Shown here in pieces: positions 9,439 through 21,800 of a stretch of 64,000 bases of DNA (within the stretch, counting starts at the first letter, position 1; every line of letters begins with the position of its first letter). Origin of the DNA: Planctomycetota bacterium (lineage in GTDB: Bacteria; Planctomycetota; PLA2; JAEUHO01); NCBI GenBank assembly GCA_965222115.1, contig CBDCTJ010000007.1, forward strand, positions 2,944,001 to 3,008,000, written 5' to 3'. Position numbers and translations under genes: made by a program. The notes under the pieces were generated by a model. That model was not told where the DNA came from. It did not search any database and worked only from the letters and a program-made list of their open reading frames with translations.

Positions 9439-10082
9439 GCCTCACCTCCGTCGTTCTTGGCGCCGACACGCTCAATGAGCACATCCAGGGCACCGTCTAG
9501 CAACACGAGATTGCGATGGGATACGACGTCGTAGGCCGTGATCTCACGTGCGGGCAAAAGCGATACGCGCGGCAAGTTGCGCACCGACAACAAAAGATTG
9601 CGATCCACGTCGCCGGCGGCAGCAATGAGTGCACCGCCTTCGGCCTCAAGCGCGCCAAGGGCCTTCTTGGCTTGCTTGGTGGACGGCTTGCTCATGGCGC
9701 CATCGCTTGCCCACTGGCAAATTTCGCCATCGCGGAGTTTGCCGGCCAATGCGATACGCAGCGCGCGCGTGAGTGCCTTACGAGGCAGCGAATAGCTGTA
9801 GTCGCGTGGGTGTGGGCCGTGCGCCACACCACCACCGCGAAACGACGGCGCTTTGCGGTCTCCGTGCCGTGCGCGGCCGGCGCCCTTTTGTGCCTGGAAT
9901 TTTTTGGTGGTGCCACTTACGAATCGACGGCTCAGCGTGTTGACCGTGCCGACGCGTTTGTTGGCTTCGTACATTTCGACGGCTTCGCGAAGCACGACGG
10001 GATTCATGCGAGTCCCGAACGTGTCGTCGGCCACGTCCACGGACGACACCGAGCCCCCGCTAAGATTTTTGATGGATGCCAT
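9435..10082 (-). CDS. rplD: 50S ribosomal protein L4
   Basis: QKGAGRARHG..FRGGGVAHGPHPRDY..LSVRNLP; ATG at 10082 preferred. Confidence 0.96.
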   Translation of the reverse strand: MASIKNLSGGSVSSVDVADDTFGTRMNPVVLREAVEMYEANKRVGTVNTLSRRFVSGTTKKFQAQKGAGRARHGDRKAPSFRGGGVAHGPHPRDYSYSLPRKALTRALRIALAGKLRDGEICQWASDGAMSKPSTKQAKKALGALEAEGGALIAAAGDVDRNLLLSVRNLPRVSLLPAREITAYDVVSHRNLVLLDGALDVLIERVGAKNDGGEA

Positions 10083-10147
10083 GACTGCTCCGTCACACAC
10101 GCGGAGCCGCCTGGCGACATCCGCTTGTGAAAAATGCGTGTCGCCTA

Positions 10148-10459
10148 CTAGACCTTGATTCGGATATCGACGCCGGCCGGGAGGTTCAATCGGGAGATGG
10201 AATCCACCGTCTTGGGGCCATAGTCCGAGATAAACATGATGCGCTTATGCGTTCGAATCTCGAACTGTTCGCGTGACTTCTTGTCGATGTGCGGGGAACG
10301 CAACACCGTGTAACGCTCAATGCGCGTGGGTAGCGGGACCGGACCCTGAACACGGGCGCCAGTGCGCTTGGCGGTATCCACAAGTTCCGCGGAACTCTTG
10401 TCGAGTGCTTCGTGATCGTAACTCTCAAGACGAATCTTAATGGTGCCGGCTGTGCTCAT
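10148..10459 (-). CDS. rpsJ: 30S ribosomal protein S10
   Basis: [35 protein letters not shown]; ATG at 10459. Confidence 0.98.
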   Translation of the reverse strand: MSTAGTIKIRLESYDHEALDKSSAELVDTAKRTGARVQGPVPLPTRIERYTVLRSPHIDKKSREQFEIRTHKRIMFISDYGPKTVDSISRLNLPAGVDIRIKV

Positions 10460-10746
10460 GAGCGTCCGTTCTTCCAATTCACTTTCGTGCGTCGCGAGGA
10501 CTCACGAAACCGTGAGACCGCCTACGGACGCACCGCCATCGTGATTCATCGCTGAAACCGAACAGAGACGATGCGTTTTCATCGCTTCCCGTGCCGGACG
10601 CGCCTACCCGATCGAGGGGACAGGGCGTGCCGCGACTGCTTCCGAAGGTCTGTTTCGCGTGAGGAAACACGCAACGGAAAGGGAACGCGAAGGCGGCGAT
10701 GTTAGGCGCATTTGGAGAGGGACAAGAAGGAAAGTGGAGTCAAGAA

Positions 10747-10773
10747 CCGGGGATTTTAGCGCTAAATCCCCGG
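10747..10773. terminator. stem-loop downstream of fusA (probable terminator)
   Basis: ccggggattt-tagcgct-aaatccccgg, perfect 10-bp stem about 45 nt after the fusA stop. Confidence 0.55.
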
Positions 10774-10816
10774 CTTCGGAGTGCCTAACGCGAGAGAGGT
10801 GAGATCGGGGAGGCGG

Positions 10817-12907
10817 CTAGAATTCTTCCAGCATGAGACGCTTGCGGTCGGCCTCGGAGACGGGTGCAAATCCGCTGGGCGTCATCGTGTAGCTGGCGCG
10901 ACCCTGGCTGAGGGATCGTACAGTGGTGCTGTAGCCGAACATGGCAGAGAGGGCGACCGTTCCACGCAAGACACGGCGCGCACCGCGCATCTCCTCGCCG
11001 GCAAGCACCGCGCGACGACGAACGAGGTCGGAGCTGATGGGGCCCACGAACTCATCCGGCGTCGTAACCTCAAACGCCATAATGGGTTCCAATATTACGA
11101 CGCCCGCAGCATGACACGCCGCTTGGAAGGCCTCACCCGCGGCGACCTGAAAGGCCGTCTCGGTGCTGTCGGTCTCGTGAGCCTTCCCACCGGTGGCGTC
11201 GGCCACGACATCTAGCACCGGATAGCCCAGATCCAATCCGCCCTCGGCACCAAATTGAATGCCTTCACGCACCGCATCCCGAAACGCGGTCGGAATCGAG
11301 GCTTCGTCGGCGCTCACGTCTATGGCAATGCCGCTCCCGGATGCACCTGCGCGAACGGCGACGGTTACGGTGGCCACCTGTTCGCTGCCGGCGACCAGCC
11401 GCTCAAATGTGTGTGCGGCACTGCCAGAACCCGCAACCGTCTGGCGGTAGGACACGCGCGGCTTACCCACATTGGCGTCTACCCGGAAGTCACGAACCAT
11501 GCGGTTCTTTAGCACTTCCAAGTGCAGCTCCCCCATGCCGGCAATGATCAATTGACCGGTCTCGGCGTCTTGCTGAACCCGAAACGTTGGATCCTCGCGC
11601 GATAGACGCGCTAGTACCTCATCGAGCCGAGCGCGGTCCTTGGCCGACTTGGGCTCAATGGCCATGGAGATCACGGGCTCGGGAAACTCAATGTGTTCAA
11701 GGAGGATCGGCGCCGTCTTCTCACAGAGCGTGTCGCCCGTGGCCGTGAGTTTGAGGCCCACCAAGGCAACAATTTCGCCAGGGCCGGCGCGCTCCACCTG
11801 CTCGCGCTCGTTGGCGTGCATTTTGAGTAGGCGCATGGCGCGCTCATGGCGACCAAGTCGTGGATTGAATACGCCTTTGCCCTGCACAATCTCGCCGCTG
11901 TAAATGCGCGCGAACACCAAGTCGCCGTGAGAATCGGTAATGATCTTAAACGCTAACGCGCAAAGCGGTTCATCACGGCTTGGCGTAACGGAACGCTCAC
12001 GGCTCGTCTGGTTGGGATCGACGCCCTGAATGGCCCCCACATCGATGGGGCTCGGCAAGTAACGCACGACGGCGTCGAGCAATGGTTGCACACCGGCATT
12101 TCGAAGCGCGGCGCCCGCAAGAATTGGAAAAAACGACGCTGTGAGCACGGCCTTGCGCAACACGCGATGAATCTGTTCGGCGTCGAGCTCGCCGCCATCC
12201 AAGACAACTTCCATCAGTTCGTCGTCGTGGTCGGCCAAGGCCTCCAACAGTTCGCCGCGGCGCAGTTCCATCTCGTCGGCGAGATCCTCGGGAATCGCCT
12301 CCGTTACGACATCGCTTCCTTGTTCGCCCTCAAAGCGAAGAAACGTCATCGCAATGAGATCCACAACGCCCTTGAATGTGTCGCCAAAGCCAACGGGCAC
12401 CGTGAGCGGCGCGATTGTGGCACCGAGACGCTCCTTGATGGATGCACAAGAGGCATCGAAGTCGGCGCCGGCGCGGTCCATTTTGTTGATGAAGCAAAGT
12501 CGCGGCACGTTGTAGCGATCGGCTTGAAGCCAAACGGTTTCTGATTGCGCCTCCACACCGTGTACCCCATCGAAAACGACGACTGCGCCATCGAGTACGC
12601 GCAGGCTGCGCTCAACTTCAGCCGTGAAGTCTACGTGTCCCGGCGTGTCAATCAGATTGAGGGTGTGATCTCCCCACGCAATGGTCGTAGCCGCCGCGGT
12701 AATGGTGATGCCGCGCTCCTGCTCCTCTTCCATGTAGTCCATCTTGGCACTGCCGTCGTGGACCTCACCGATCGCGTGTTCCTTGCCGGTGTAATAGAGA
12801 ATGCGCTCGCTGACGGTCGTCTTGCCCGCGTCGATATGGGCACAGATGCCAAAGTTGCGCAGCCGTGCGAGCGCCTCTTGCTCTTTGGACGTCTTGCTAG
12901 AGGCCAT
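10817..12907 (-). CDS. fusA: elongation factor G, divergent str-operon copy (spdEFG2-like)
   Basis: [45 protein letters not shown]; domain IV tip loop not canonical; ATG at 12907. Confidence 0.95.
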   Translation of the reverse strand: MASSKTSKEQEALARLRNFGICAHIDAGKTTVSERILYYTGKEHAIGEVHDGSAKMDYMEEEQERGITITAAATTIAWGDHTLNLIDTPGHVDFTAEVERSLRVLDGAVVVFDGVHGVEAQSETVWLQADRYNVPRLCFINKMDRAGADFDASCASIKERLGATIAPLTVPVGFGDTFKGVVDLIAMTFLRFEGEQGSDVVTEAIPEDLADEMELRRGELLEALADHDDELMEVVLDGGELDAEQIHRVLRKAVLTASFFPILAGAALRNAGVQPLLDAVVRYLPSPIDVGAIQGVDPNQTSRERSVTPSRDEPLCALAFKIITDSHGDLVFARIYSGEIVQGKGVFNPRLGRHERAMRLLKMHANEREQVERAGPGEIVALVGLKLTATGDTLCEKTAPILLEHIEFPEPVISMAIEPKSAKDRARLDEVLARLSREDPTFRVQQDAETGQLIIAGMGELHLEVLKNRMVRDFRVDANVGKPRVSYRQTVAGSGSAAHTFERLVAGSEQVATVTVAVRAGASGSGIAIDVSADEASIPTAFRDAVREGIQFGAEGGLDLGYPVLDVVADATGGKAHETDSTETAFQVAAGEAFQAACHAAGVVILEPIMAFEVTTPDEFVGPISSDLVRRRAVLAGEEMRGARRVLRGTVALSAMFGYSTTVRSLSQGRASYTMTPSGFAPVSEADRKRLMLEEF

Positions 12908-13018
12908 GGCTACAACGCCCTCCGCAGGACGCACACCGAACATGCGGCAGCGGTGACGTAATAATGGCGATTGGCTCGATTGCGACTCGGGCCGAGGAGG
13001 TGAGCTACGGGCTTGCCC

Positions 13019-13324
13019 TTACCAACTCGCTTTCTTGAGACCCGGGATCTCACCGTTGCGGGCCATTTCACGAAGCATGATGCGGCTAATGCCAAACTTG
13101 CGATAGTTGCCGCGAGAACGACCGGTGAACTGACAGCGATTGCGAATGCGGTTGGGGTTGCTGTCGCGGGGGAGTGCGCGAAGCTTGCCCCACGCGATGT
13201 CTTTTTCTTCTTCGGACGCCGAAGATGAGCGAATCACGGCATACAGCTCTTTGCGTAGCGGCGCGTACTTCTTCACAAGCCGCTTGCGGCGCTCGTTCTT
13301 TTCAATACTGCTCTTCTTGGCCAT
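13019..13324 (-). CDS. rpsN: 30S ribosomal protein S14, long Zn-independent (C-) type
   Basis: 101 aa [43 protein letters not shown]; real start is ATG 13324 inside the longer track ORF. Confidence 0.96.
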   Translation of the reverse strand: MAKKSSIEKNERRKRLVKKYAPLRKELYAVIRSSSASEEEKDIAWGKLRALPRDSNPNRIRNRCQFTGRSRGNYRKFGISRIMLREMARNGEIPGLKKASW

Positions 13325-13397
13325 GTTGTCGTTCTTCCTAGATACCCTAGCTACTGATACCAGTCGTACGTTTCCTGTTCGCGTTAGAAGGCTCGCA

Positions 13398-13874
13398 TTA
13401 GAAGGCAAAATGCGCGAAGGCTTTGTTTGCCTCGGCCTGCTTATGCGCATTTTCGCGACGCAGTACTGCGCCGCCTTCTTTGTTGTAGGCCGCGACCAAC
13501 TCATCGGCCAGGGCCACACGCATGGGACGACCCTTGCGACCGCGCGCGGCCTCCAACAACCAGCGAAACGCGAGGGCGCGTTGACGCTTGTTGTTGACTT
13601 CCACGGGCACCTGGTAGTTGGCACCACCCACACGCTTGCTGCGGACTTCCACCATGGGTTTGATATTGTCAATGGCCTGCTTGAACACGTCGAGCGGCTC
13701 GCGATCCTTAATTCGCTGAGAGATGATCTCCAAGGAATCATAAAAGATGCGTTCCGCCGTCGAGCGCTTGCCGTCGAGCATGAGGCACGAGATGAACTTG
13801 GCGATGTGAATGTCGCCGTAAACCGGATCGGGCTTGAGAAGGTGCTCAAAGCTACGGTAGTACTTGCCTGCCAC
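13398..13874 (-). CDS. rpsG: 30S ribosomal protein S7
   Basis: [35 protein letters not shown]. Confidence 0.98.
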   Translation of the reverse strand: MAGKYYRSFEHLLKPDPVYGDIHIAKFISCLMLDGKRSTAERIFYDSLEIISQRIKDREPLDVFKQAIDNIKPMVEVRSKRVGGANYQVPVEVNNKRQRALAFRWLLEAARGRKGRPMRVALADELVAAYNKEGGAVLRRENAHKQAEANKAFAHFAF

Positions 13875-13882
13875 GGGGACCC

Positions 13883-14254
13883 CTACTTGTTCTTCTTCTG
13901 ACCGTACTTGGAACGCTGCTGCTTGCGACCGTCCACACCCGAAGCATCGAGCGTGCCGCGAATGATGTGGTAGCGCACACCGGGAAGGTCGCGCACTCGA
14001 CCGCCACGGATCAGAACAATGCTGTGCTCCTGGAGGTTGTGACCTTCACCGCCGATGTAGGCCGTGACTTCACGACCGTTTGACAGGCGCACACGCGCGA
14101 TCTTACGAAGTGCCGAGTTGGGCTTCTTCGGCGTCTGGGTCTTTACCGACAGACACACGCCGCGCTTTTGAGGGCACGACTGAAGCACGGGGCTCTTGCT
14201 CTTCTTCTTGATCTGCTTGCGGCCCTTGCGGACCAACTGATTGATGGTGGGCAT
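13883..14254 (-). CDS. rpsL: 30S ribosomal protein S12
   Basis: [33 protein letters not shown]; ATG at 14254. Confidence 0.98.
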   Translation of the reverse strand: MPTINQLVRKGRKQIKKKSKSPVLQSCPQKRGVCLSVKTQTPKKPNSALRKIARVRLSNGREVTAYIGGEGHNLQEHSIVLIRGGRVRDLPGVRYHIIRGTLDASGVDGRKQQRSKYGQKKNK

Positions 14255-14456
14255 AAGCAATCCGGAAAACGGGAACTGTCTCGGCAAATCACCATGCGTC
14301 GATGCCGTCCGCCGTCCACAGGGACAGAACGCGGACAGAACGCTGCCTGAATTCACCGAACAAGCGGGGAAGCGTACCGTATGCGCCCCTGAGCGGAGGC
14401 CAATTTCGGGACGAAATCCTCCGTCACAATGGGCAAATCCGATTCTGCCGGGGCAA

Positions 14457-17400
14457 TTACTGGGCCTGTGCAGCCCCGTCCCCCGCTTCGTCGCTCTCCT
14501 CCGATGGCGGCATGGGTGGCGATGACGCATTGTTGGTGGCGTCGCCCGGGGCGTCGTCCAGCGCGTCCACCGATCCCAAGAGGTCCTTGAGCTCCTGGAG
14601 TGCTTCCAAGTCCTCAGGCACATCGACATAACCGGCAACCGACTCCTCGAGGGGGATGTTCTTCGAAACACGCGTATTCACGTACTCACGGAAACCCGTT
14701 CCGGCGGGAATCAAGTGACCGAGAATCACATTCTCCTTGAGCCCCACAAGGTGGTCCACGCGACCGGATAGCGCGGCCTGCGTCAACACCTTGGTGGTCT
14801 CCTGGAACGACGCCGCCGAGATGAACGACTCACTCTGGAGTGACGCCTTGGTGATCCCGAGGAGCAACGGCTCGGCGCGCGCGGGCTTACCACCCGCCTC
14901 AATGACGCGCTTGTTCTTGCGACGGAAGCGGAACTTGTCCACCACCGCGCCCGGCAAAAGATCGGTGTCACCCGGATCCTCAATGCGAACCTTACGGAGC
15001 ATCTGCGAGACAATGATCTCGTGGTGCTTGTCGTCAATCGTTACATTCTGCGCACGATATACGCTCTGCACTTCCTCAAGCAGATACTCGTGCAATGCTT
15101 CGAGACCCGAAATGCGCAAGATGTCGTGGGGAACAAGAGGACCATCGACGAGCGGGGAGCCGGCCTTCACACGGTCGCCCGAGTGCACGCGCAAGTGTTT
15201 GCCATGGGGCACCAAGTGCTCAATCGTCTGACCACCGTCGGACTTCACGAGAATCGTGCGCTTGCCGCGACGCTTGTCACCGAGTTCGACCAGACCGTCG
15301 ATCTCGGCAAGTGTGGCGGGCTCCTTCGGACGACGCGCTTCGTAGACTTCCGTAACGCGCGGAAGACCACCCACGATGTCCTGCGTACCGCCAATTTCGC
15401 GTGGCGTCTTGGCAAGCTGCGCGCCGGCCTCCACGCGATCGCCTTCGTTCACGTGCAGGTGGGCACGCTCGGGCACCGGATAGAGCGCGATGGGCGTGCC
15501 ATCGTCGTCTTCGATAATGATCTGCGGGTGCAAATCGCCCTTGTGTTCCATGATCACGCGATGGCTCACGCCAGAGGCAGCATCGATTTCTTCGCGCATG
15601 GTCTTGCCATCCACGATGTCATCGAAGCGAACCACGCCTTCACGCTCGGCGAGAATCTGAACGTTGAATGGGTCCCACGAGAAGAGAACGTCCTTCTCCT
15701 TCACCTGGCCACCATCTTCGACGCGCACCACGCCACCGAGAGGTACTACGAAGCGATCAAGCTCGCGCTCGCGCTTGTCGAGCAAAAGCAGCTCACCGTT
15801 GCGGCTAATGGCGACGGTTTCACCGCCACTGGGCGAGGCCACGTTCAAATTGTGATAACGAATCGTTCCGGATTGTGACGCCTTGATGTCGGACTCTTCC
15901 ACGCCCTTGGTGGCCGTACCACCAATGTGGAATGTGCGCATGGTGAGCTGCGTACCCGGCTCACCAATGGACTGTGCGGCAATGATGCCCACCGCAAGCC
16001 CCTTCTCAACGATGGCGCCGCGCGACAGATCCATGCCATAGCACTTCTGGCAAACACCCGTGGGCGATTCGCATGTGAGAGGCGAACGCACGCGCACCTT
16101 CTCGTAACCCATGCTCTCGATACGTCGCGCCGTCTCTTCGGTGATGACATCACCTTCACGCACAACCACTTCGTCGGTGACGACGTCGATGATGGTGTCT
16201 CGCGCCGTGCGACCACGAATGGCTTGTGCCAGCGACACTTCGAGCTTCTCGCCCTTGTAGATCTGCCCCTTGCTAACGCCATTGAGCGTTTCACAATCTT
16301 CGCGAGACACGACAACATTCTGCGCCACGTCACTGAGCTTGCGCGTGAGATACCCGGAGTCGGCCGTCTTGAGCGCCGTGTCGGCAAGACCCTTACGCGC
16401 GCCGTGTGTGGATGAGAAGTACTCAAGCACGTGCAGGCCCTCGCGGAAGTTGGAGCGAATGGGCGTCTCAATGATCTTGCCCGACGGCTTGGCCATGAGA
16501 CCGCGCATACCGGCAAGCTGACGAATCTGTTCCACCGAACCACGCGCACCGGACTCGGCCATCGCGAAAATGGGATTCAAGTACGGAATGCCGTCGCGGA
16601 CGTCGTTCTTGAGCGAGTCCATCATGACGCGCCCAACCTCTTCACGGGCACGGGTCCACGTGTCGATGATCTTCGAATAGCGCTCGCCGCGCGTGATCTC
16701 ACCGCGCTTCAAGTGGGCTTCGATCTCGGCAACCTCCTTCTCTGCGTCGCGAAGAATGGCTTCCTTTTCTTCCGGAACGCGCATGTCGTCTTTGGCGAAG
16801 GAAAGGCCCGCACGCGTGGCCGACTTGAAACCAATCGACTTAATGTCGTCGAGCAGCTTGAGCGTGGAGCCCTTGCCGAGCAGCTTGTGGCAATCGCCAA
16901 TCAATCCACCGACGCGCTTCTTGGTGAGGTTGTAGTTGTAAAACGGCATACCAAACGGAAGGATGTCGTTGAACAGCACCCGACCAACGGTGGTTTCAAC
17001 CATTGACATGGGTTCCCACTGGCCGGGGCCGGTGGCCACAATCGCACCTTCATCCAAACGAAGCTTTACGCGGTCGTGAATGCCAAACTTGCCTTCGCTG
17101 TAGCCGAGGAAGACCTCGTTGCTATGCGTGCATACCGGCACTTTCTGCTGCTGCGTGGGGAAGCCCACCGTGAGGTAGTAGATCCCAAGCACCATGTCCT
17201 GCGACGGGGCGATCAGCGGACGGCCATCGGCCGGCGAAAAAATGTTGTTGGTGGAGAGCACCAACGTGGTGGCCTCGACCTGCGCTTCGTAGGAGAGCGG
17301 AAGGTGAACAGCCATCTGGTCACCGTCGAAGTCGGCGTTGAAACCGGTGCAGACAAGCGGATGCAAACGAATCGCATTGCCTTCGATCAGCGTAGGCTCA

Positions 17401-18695
17401 AAGGCCTGAATGCCCATGCGGTGGAGCGTGGGCGCGCGGTTGAGCAACACAGGGTGCTCGCGTGTGACCTCGTCGAGGATGTCCCAGACTTCCTCTTCTT
17501 TACGTTCAAGCATCTTCTTCGCGGCCTTGATGGTCTCGGCATAACCGAGGTCCTTCAGCCGGCGAATGATGAACGGCTGGTAGAGCTCAAGTGCAATCTT
17601 CTTGGGCAAACCGCACTGGTGGAGCTTGAGTTCCGGGCCAACCACAATCACCGAACGCGCGCTGTAGTCCACGCGCTTGCCGAGCAGGTTCTCGCGGAAG
17701 CGCCCCTGCTTTCCCTTGATCATGTCGGTCAGTGACTTGAGCGGGCGGTTGCTTGAACCCAACACACTGCGTCGGCACCGCGCGTTGTCGAAGAGCGCGT
17801 CCACCGATTGCTGCAACATACGCTTTTCATTGCGAATGATGACTTCGGGTGCATTGAGGTCGAGCAGCTTCTTTAAGCGATTGTTGCGGTTGATCAAGCG
17901 GCGATAGAGGTCGTTCAAGTCGGAGGTGGCGAAGTTGCCCGAATCGAGCAATACCAAAGGACGTAGGTCAGGAGGAATGACGGGAATTACGTCGAGCACC
18001 AAGGTCTCGGTGCGGTTACCGGAGTCACGCAACGCCTCTACGGTGCGCAAGCGCTTGAGGTAGTCCTTCGTCTTCTGCTTGCTGCGCGTGGCCTCGAGGT
18101 CGGCGCGCAACTCCTGCGACAGCTTGTCCAAGTCAATGCGGCGGAGCATTTCCTTGATGGCTTCGGCGCCCATGCCCGCGCGGAAGGAGTCGCCATACTT
18201 CTGGCGAAGCTCGCGGTACTGATCCTCGGTGAGGAGTTCGGCTTCCTTCAGCGGCGTGTCGCCCGCGTCAATCACGACGTAGTCCTGAAAATAGACCACG
18301 CGCTCAAGACTGGACGTCTTCATATTGAGCAACGTGCCCAAGCGAGACGGCATGGCCTTGAAGAACCAAATGTGAACCACCGGCGCAGCCAGTGAAATAT
18401 GGCCCATGCGCTTACGACGAACGCGGCTATGGGTTACTTTCACCCCGCAGCGATCGCAAATGATGCCCTTGTGCTTGATGCCCTTGTACTTGCCGCAGAA
18501 GCATTCCCAGTCGCGCTCCGGTCCAAAGATCTTTTCGCAGAACAGACCATCCTTCTCCGACCGGTAGGTGCGGTAGTTGATGGTTTCGGGTTTCTTGACT
18601 TCGCCATAGGACCACGAACGAATCAGCTCGGGCGTTGCCAAGTTGATGCGGATGGCCGTGTAGTCATTGACGCGGTTGAACATGCTCTCGATCAT
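14457..18695 (-). CDS. rpoC: RNA polymerase beta' subunit
   Basis: NADFDGD catalytic motif, Zn-finger [22 protein letters not shown]. Confidence 0.99.
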   Translation of the reverse strand: MIESMFNRVNDYTAIRINLATPELIRSWSYGEVKKPETINYRTYRSEKDGLFCEKIFGPERDWECFCGKYKGIKHKGIICDRCGVKVTHSRVRRKRMGHISLAAPVVHIWFFKAMPSRLGTLLNMKTSSLERVVYFQDYVVIDAGDTPLKEAELLTEDQYRELRQKYGDSFRAGMGAEAIKEMLRRIDLDKLSQELRADLEATRSKQKTKDYLKRLRTVEALRDSGNRTETLVLDVIPVIPPDLRPLVLLDSGNFATSDLNDLYRRLINRNNRLKKLLDLNAPEVIIRNEKRMLQQSVDALFDNARCRRSVLGSSNRPLKSLTDMIKGKQGRFRENLLGKRVDYSARSVIVVGPELKLHQCGLPKKIALELYQPFIIRRLKDLGYAETIKAAKKMLERKEEEVWDILDEVTREHPVLLNRAPTLHRMGIQAFEPTLIEGNAIRLHPLVCTGFNADFDGDQMAVHLPLSYEAQVEATTLVLSTNNIFSPADGRPLIAPSQDMVLGIYYLTVGFPTQQQKVPVCTHSNEVFLGYSEGKFGIHDRVKLRLDEGAIVATGPGQWEPMSMVETTVGRVLFNDILPFGMPFYNYNLTKKRVGGLIGDCHKLLGKGSTLKLLDDIKSIGFKSATRAGLSFAKDDMRVPEEKEAILRDAEKEVAEIEAHLKRGEITRGERYSKIIDTWTRAREEVGRVMMDSLKNDVRDGIPYLNPIFAMAESGARGSVEQIRQLAGMRGLMAKPSGKIIETPIRSNFREGLHVLEYFSSTHGARKGLADTALKTADSGYLTRKLSDVAQNVVVSREDCETLNGVSKGQIYKGEKLEVSLAQAIRGRTARDTIIDVVTDEVVVREGDVITEETARRIESMGYEKVRVRSPLTCESPTGVCQKCYGMDLSRGAIVEKGLAVGIIAAQSIGEPGTQLTMRTFHIGGTATKGVEESDIKASQSGTIRYHNLNVASPSGGETVAISRNGELLLLDKRERELDRFVVPLGGVVRVEDGGQVKEKDVLFSWDPFNVQILAEREGVVRFDDIVDGKTMREEIDAASGVSHRVIMEHKGDLHPQIIIEDDDGTPIALYPVPERAHLHVNEGDRVEAGAQLAKTPREIGGTQDIVGGLPRVTEVYEARRPKEPATLAEIDGLVELGDKRRGKRTILVKSDGGQTIEHLVPHGKHLRVHSGDRVKAGSPLVDGPLVPHDILRISGLEALHEYLLEEVQSVYRAQNVTIDDKHHEIIVSQMLRKVRIEDPGDTDLLPGAVVDKFRFRRKNKRVIEAGGKPARAEPLLLGITKASLQSESFISAASFQETTKVLTQAALSGRVDHLVGLKENVILGHLIPAGTGFREYVNTRVSKNIPLEESVAGYVDVPEDLEALQELKDLLGSVDALDDAPGDATNNASSPPMPPSEESDEAGDGAAQAQ

Positions 18696-18820
18696 TGTTC
18701 AGTTCCTCTCGTCTTTTCTATCTTCGATGGTGTTGTGATGGGCCGGCGTGCCGAGGCGATTTGTTGGCGTTGCGGGTGGACATGCCGAAGCACCCGCACG
18801 GGCCGTACGAGACGACCGTA

Positions 18821-21800
18821 CTAGAGACGGCTCTTTTCCAGTTCGATGTTGAGCCCGAGGCCTCGAATCTCATTGCAGAGCACCTCAAAGGAGACCGGCG
18901 TGCCGGCTTCCAAGACGTTTTCGCCCTTGACCATCGATTCGTAAATCTTCATGCGACCGTCCACGTCATCGGACTTGACGGTGAGCAACTCCTGCAAAAT
19001 GTTGGCGGCGCCATACGCTTCGAGCGCCCACACCTCCATCTCGCCAAAGCGCTGACCACCGAAGCGCGCCTTGCCGCCCAGGGGCTGCTGCGTAATGAGG
19101 CTGTAGGGCCCCGTGGCACGCGCGTGGATCTTTTCATCGACCAAGTGGTGCAGCTTGAGCATGTACATGTAGCCCACCGTGACATCCTGATCGAATCGAC
19201 TGCCCGTCCGACCGTCGTAGAGCGTGACCTTGCCGTCGGCCGGCAGCCCTGCTTCCACCAACATGTCTTCGACAGCCTGCTCGGTGGCACCATCAAAGAC
19301 TGCTGTGGCCACGCGTGTGTTGAGCAAGCGCGCTGCGTGGCCGAGGTGGGTTTCCATAATCTGGCCCACGTTCATACGGCTGGGAACACCCAACGGATTG
19401 AGGCAAATTTCAACCGGCGTCCCATCGGCTAAGAACGGCATATCTTCCATGGGAAGAATGCGGCTAATCACACCCTTGTTCCCGTGGCGACCCGCCATCT
19501 TATCGCCCACCGACAAGTTGCGACGCGTGGCGAGGTACACCTTGACGACCTCAAGAACGCCCGTGGCCAACTCATCGCCACGCGACAAGCGATTCACACG
19601 CTTGTTCTTGACGGCTTCTGCGTCGTCGATCTCACGCAGGCGCTGGCGTGCCTCCGCGTGGAAGGGATCATCCGGTCGCAATCCCGATCCGCGGATGGCC
19701 GTGGTGAGTCGATCACGGAACTCGCGGAGTTCGGCAGGCTTGGTAACGCCTTCGGCCGAAAACTGCTTGCGGGTAACCGGATCGATGAGTTTGCGCCCAA
19801 GACTCTCGCTCATGGATTCGAGCAGCGCATCGAGGCGCGTGACGAAGAGCTTATGGAATTCGGTTTCGATCTCTTTGATCTTCTGCTGATTCTCAAGACG
19901 CTCTTCTTCGCTCACGTTCACCTTACGTGTGAACTTCTTGGTGTTGATGACAATGCCCTCAACACCCGGCGAGACCGTTAGCGAATCGTTGCGCACGTCT
20001 TCACCCGCGCGACCAAAGATGGCATGAAGCAGCTTCTCTTCCGGCGAAAGCTCACTCTTGCTCTTGGGCGCGACCTTCCCCACGAGAATGTCGCCCGGTT
20101 TCACGCGCGTGCCCACGCGGACAATCCCCTCGTCGTCGAGATTGCGCAGCGCGCGCTCCGACACATTGGGAATGTCGTTGGTGAATTCTTCGCGGCCCAA
20201 CTTGGTTTCGCGAATCTCGATCTCATACATGTCGATGTGAATCGATGTGTAGGCGTCGTCGCGGACCAGCGCTTCACTGACGAGAATGGCATCCTCAAAG
20301 TTGTAGCCATCCCACGGCATGAACGCCACGAGGATGTTGCGACCGAGCGCGAGTTCACCCTTATGCGTTGCGGCGCCATCGGCAATGATCTGACCGGCTT
20401 TGACGGTGTCACCAACGTTCACGAGTGGCTTTTGGTTTTGGCAGGTGCGCTCATTGAGTCCTACGAACTTGCGGAATGTATAGGTGCGCGAACCTTCCTT
20501 TTCGTCAACCACGATCTTGAGTGCGTCTACGTAAGACACCGCGCCATCGCCTTTGGCGACCACCACCATGCTGGAGTTGGCCGCGACGATCGTTTCCATC
20601 CCCGTACCGACGATGGGCGGGTCGGTCCTGAGGAGCGGAACGGCCTGGCGCTGCATGTTGCTTCCCATGAGCGCGCGGTTTGCATCGTCGTGCTCAAGGA
20701 AGGGAATCAACGACGCCGAAACGCCCACCAGCTGCATGGGACTCACGTCCATGTAGGCCACATCCTTGGCCTTCACGATGAGGAAGTCGTCGTTGTAGCG
20801 ACCAAGAATATTGGTCTCGGCGATCTTGCCGCTGTCTTCGACCGGCGTGTCGGCCGGAGCCATGATCTGATCGAGCTCTTGATCGGCGCGTAGGAACACA
20901 ATCTCCTTGGTAACAACACCGTTCTTCACAACCTGGTAGGGCGTGATCAAGAACCCGTACTCATCCACGCCGCTGTAAATCGCTAGCGATGAGATAAGAC
21001 CGATATTCGTGCCTTCGGGCGTTTCAATCGGGCAAATGCGACCGTAGTGGCTGATATGCACGTCGCGCACTTCGAAGCCAGCGCGCTTACGGTTGAGACC
21101 ACCTGGCCCAAGCGCCGAGAGACCCCGCTCGTGCTTGAGCTGCGAAAGTGGGTTGGTTTGGTCAACCACCTGACTCAACTCGCCGCGACCAAAGAAGTAG
21201 TCGATGGCCGAGGAAATGGTCTTGGAGTTGATCACCGAACGCGGCGTGATGGAATCGGAGTCCTCAATGTTCATGCGCTCCTGCGCCGTGCGACGCAGCT
21301 TGAGGAATCCTTTACGCATCTCGTCGGCGGCGAGTTCGGCGATGGTGCGAATACGACGGTTACCGAGGTGATCGATATCGTCCACTTCACCTTGGCCGGC
21401 CCGCAACTTCATGAGGTAGCGAACCGCCTGCACGAGGTCGTCCTTGTGAAGCGTCTGCTGATTCTCGGGCACCGAGGTGTTGAACTTTCGATTGAGGCGG
21501 AAGCGCCCGACCTTGCCAAGGCGGTAACGGCCAGCGTCGAAGAACTTCTCACGGAAGAGATCTTTGGCTTTCTCAATCTGCGGCGGGTTGCCGGGACGCA
21601 GGCGCCCGTAGATCTTTTGCAACGCTTCTTCGTGGCTCTCGGTGGTGTCTTCAAGCAGTGTGTTGAGCACCAACGCGTCGTCGAGATCGGCGACGGTCTC
21701 CACCGACTCGAGTCCCGACTTCTTGAGACGTTCCGCGGCCTCTTCGCTGACCGGCTCAAGCGCTTCCACAATGATCTCGCCGGTGTCCGGATCGGCCTGC

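Noticed and set aside
13325-13849. Apparent 175-aa N-terminal extension of S14 overlapping rpsG (possible frameshift fusion)
   Set aside because: Off-frame GC-rich read-through of rpsG; rpsG has its own stop and rpsN its own AGGA RBS and ATG; no slippery site seen
14255-14671. Long N-terminal extension of S12 overlapping the rpoC end
   Set aside because: Canonical MPTINQL start at 14254; upstream sequence is an off-frame artefact
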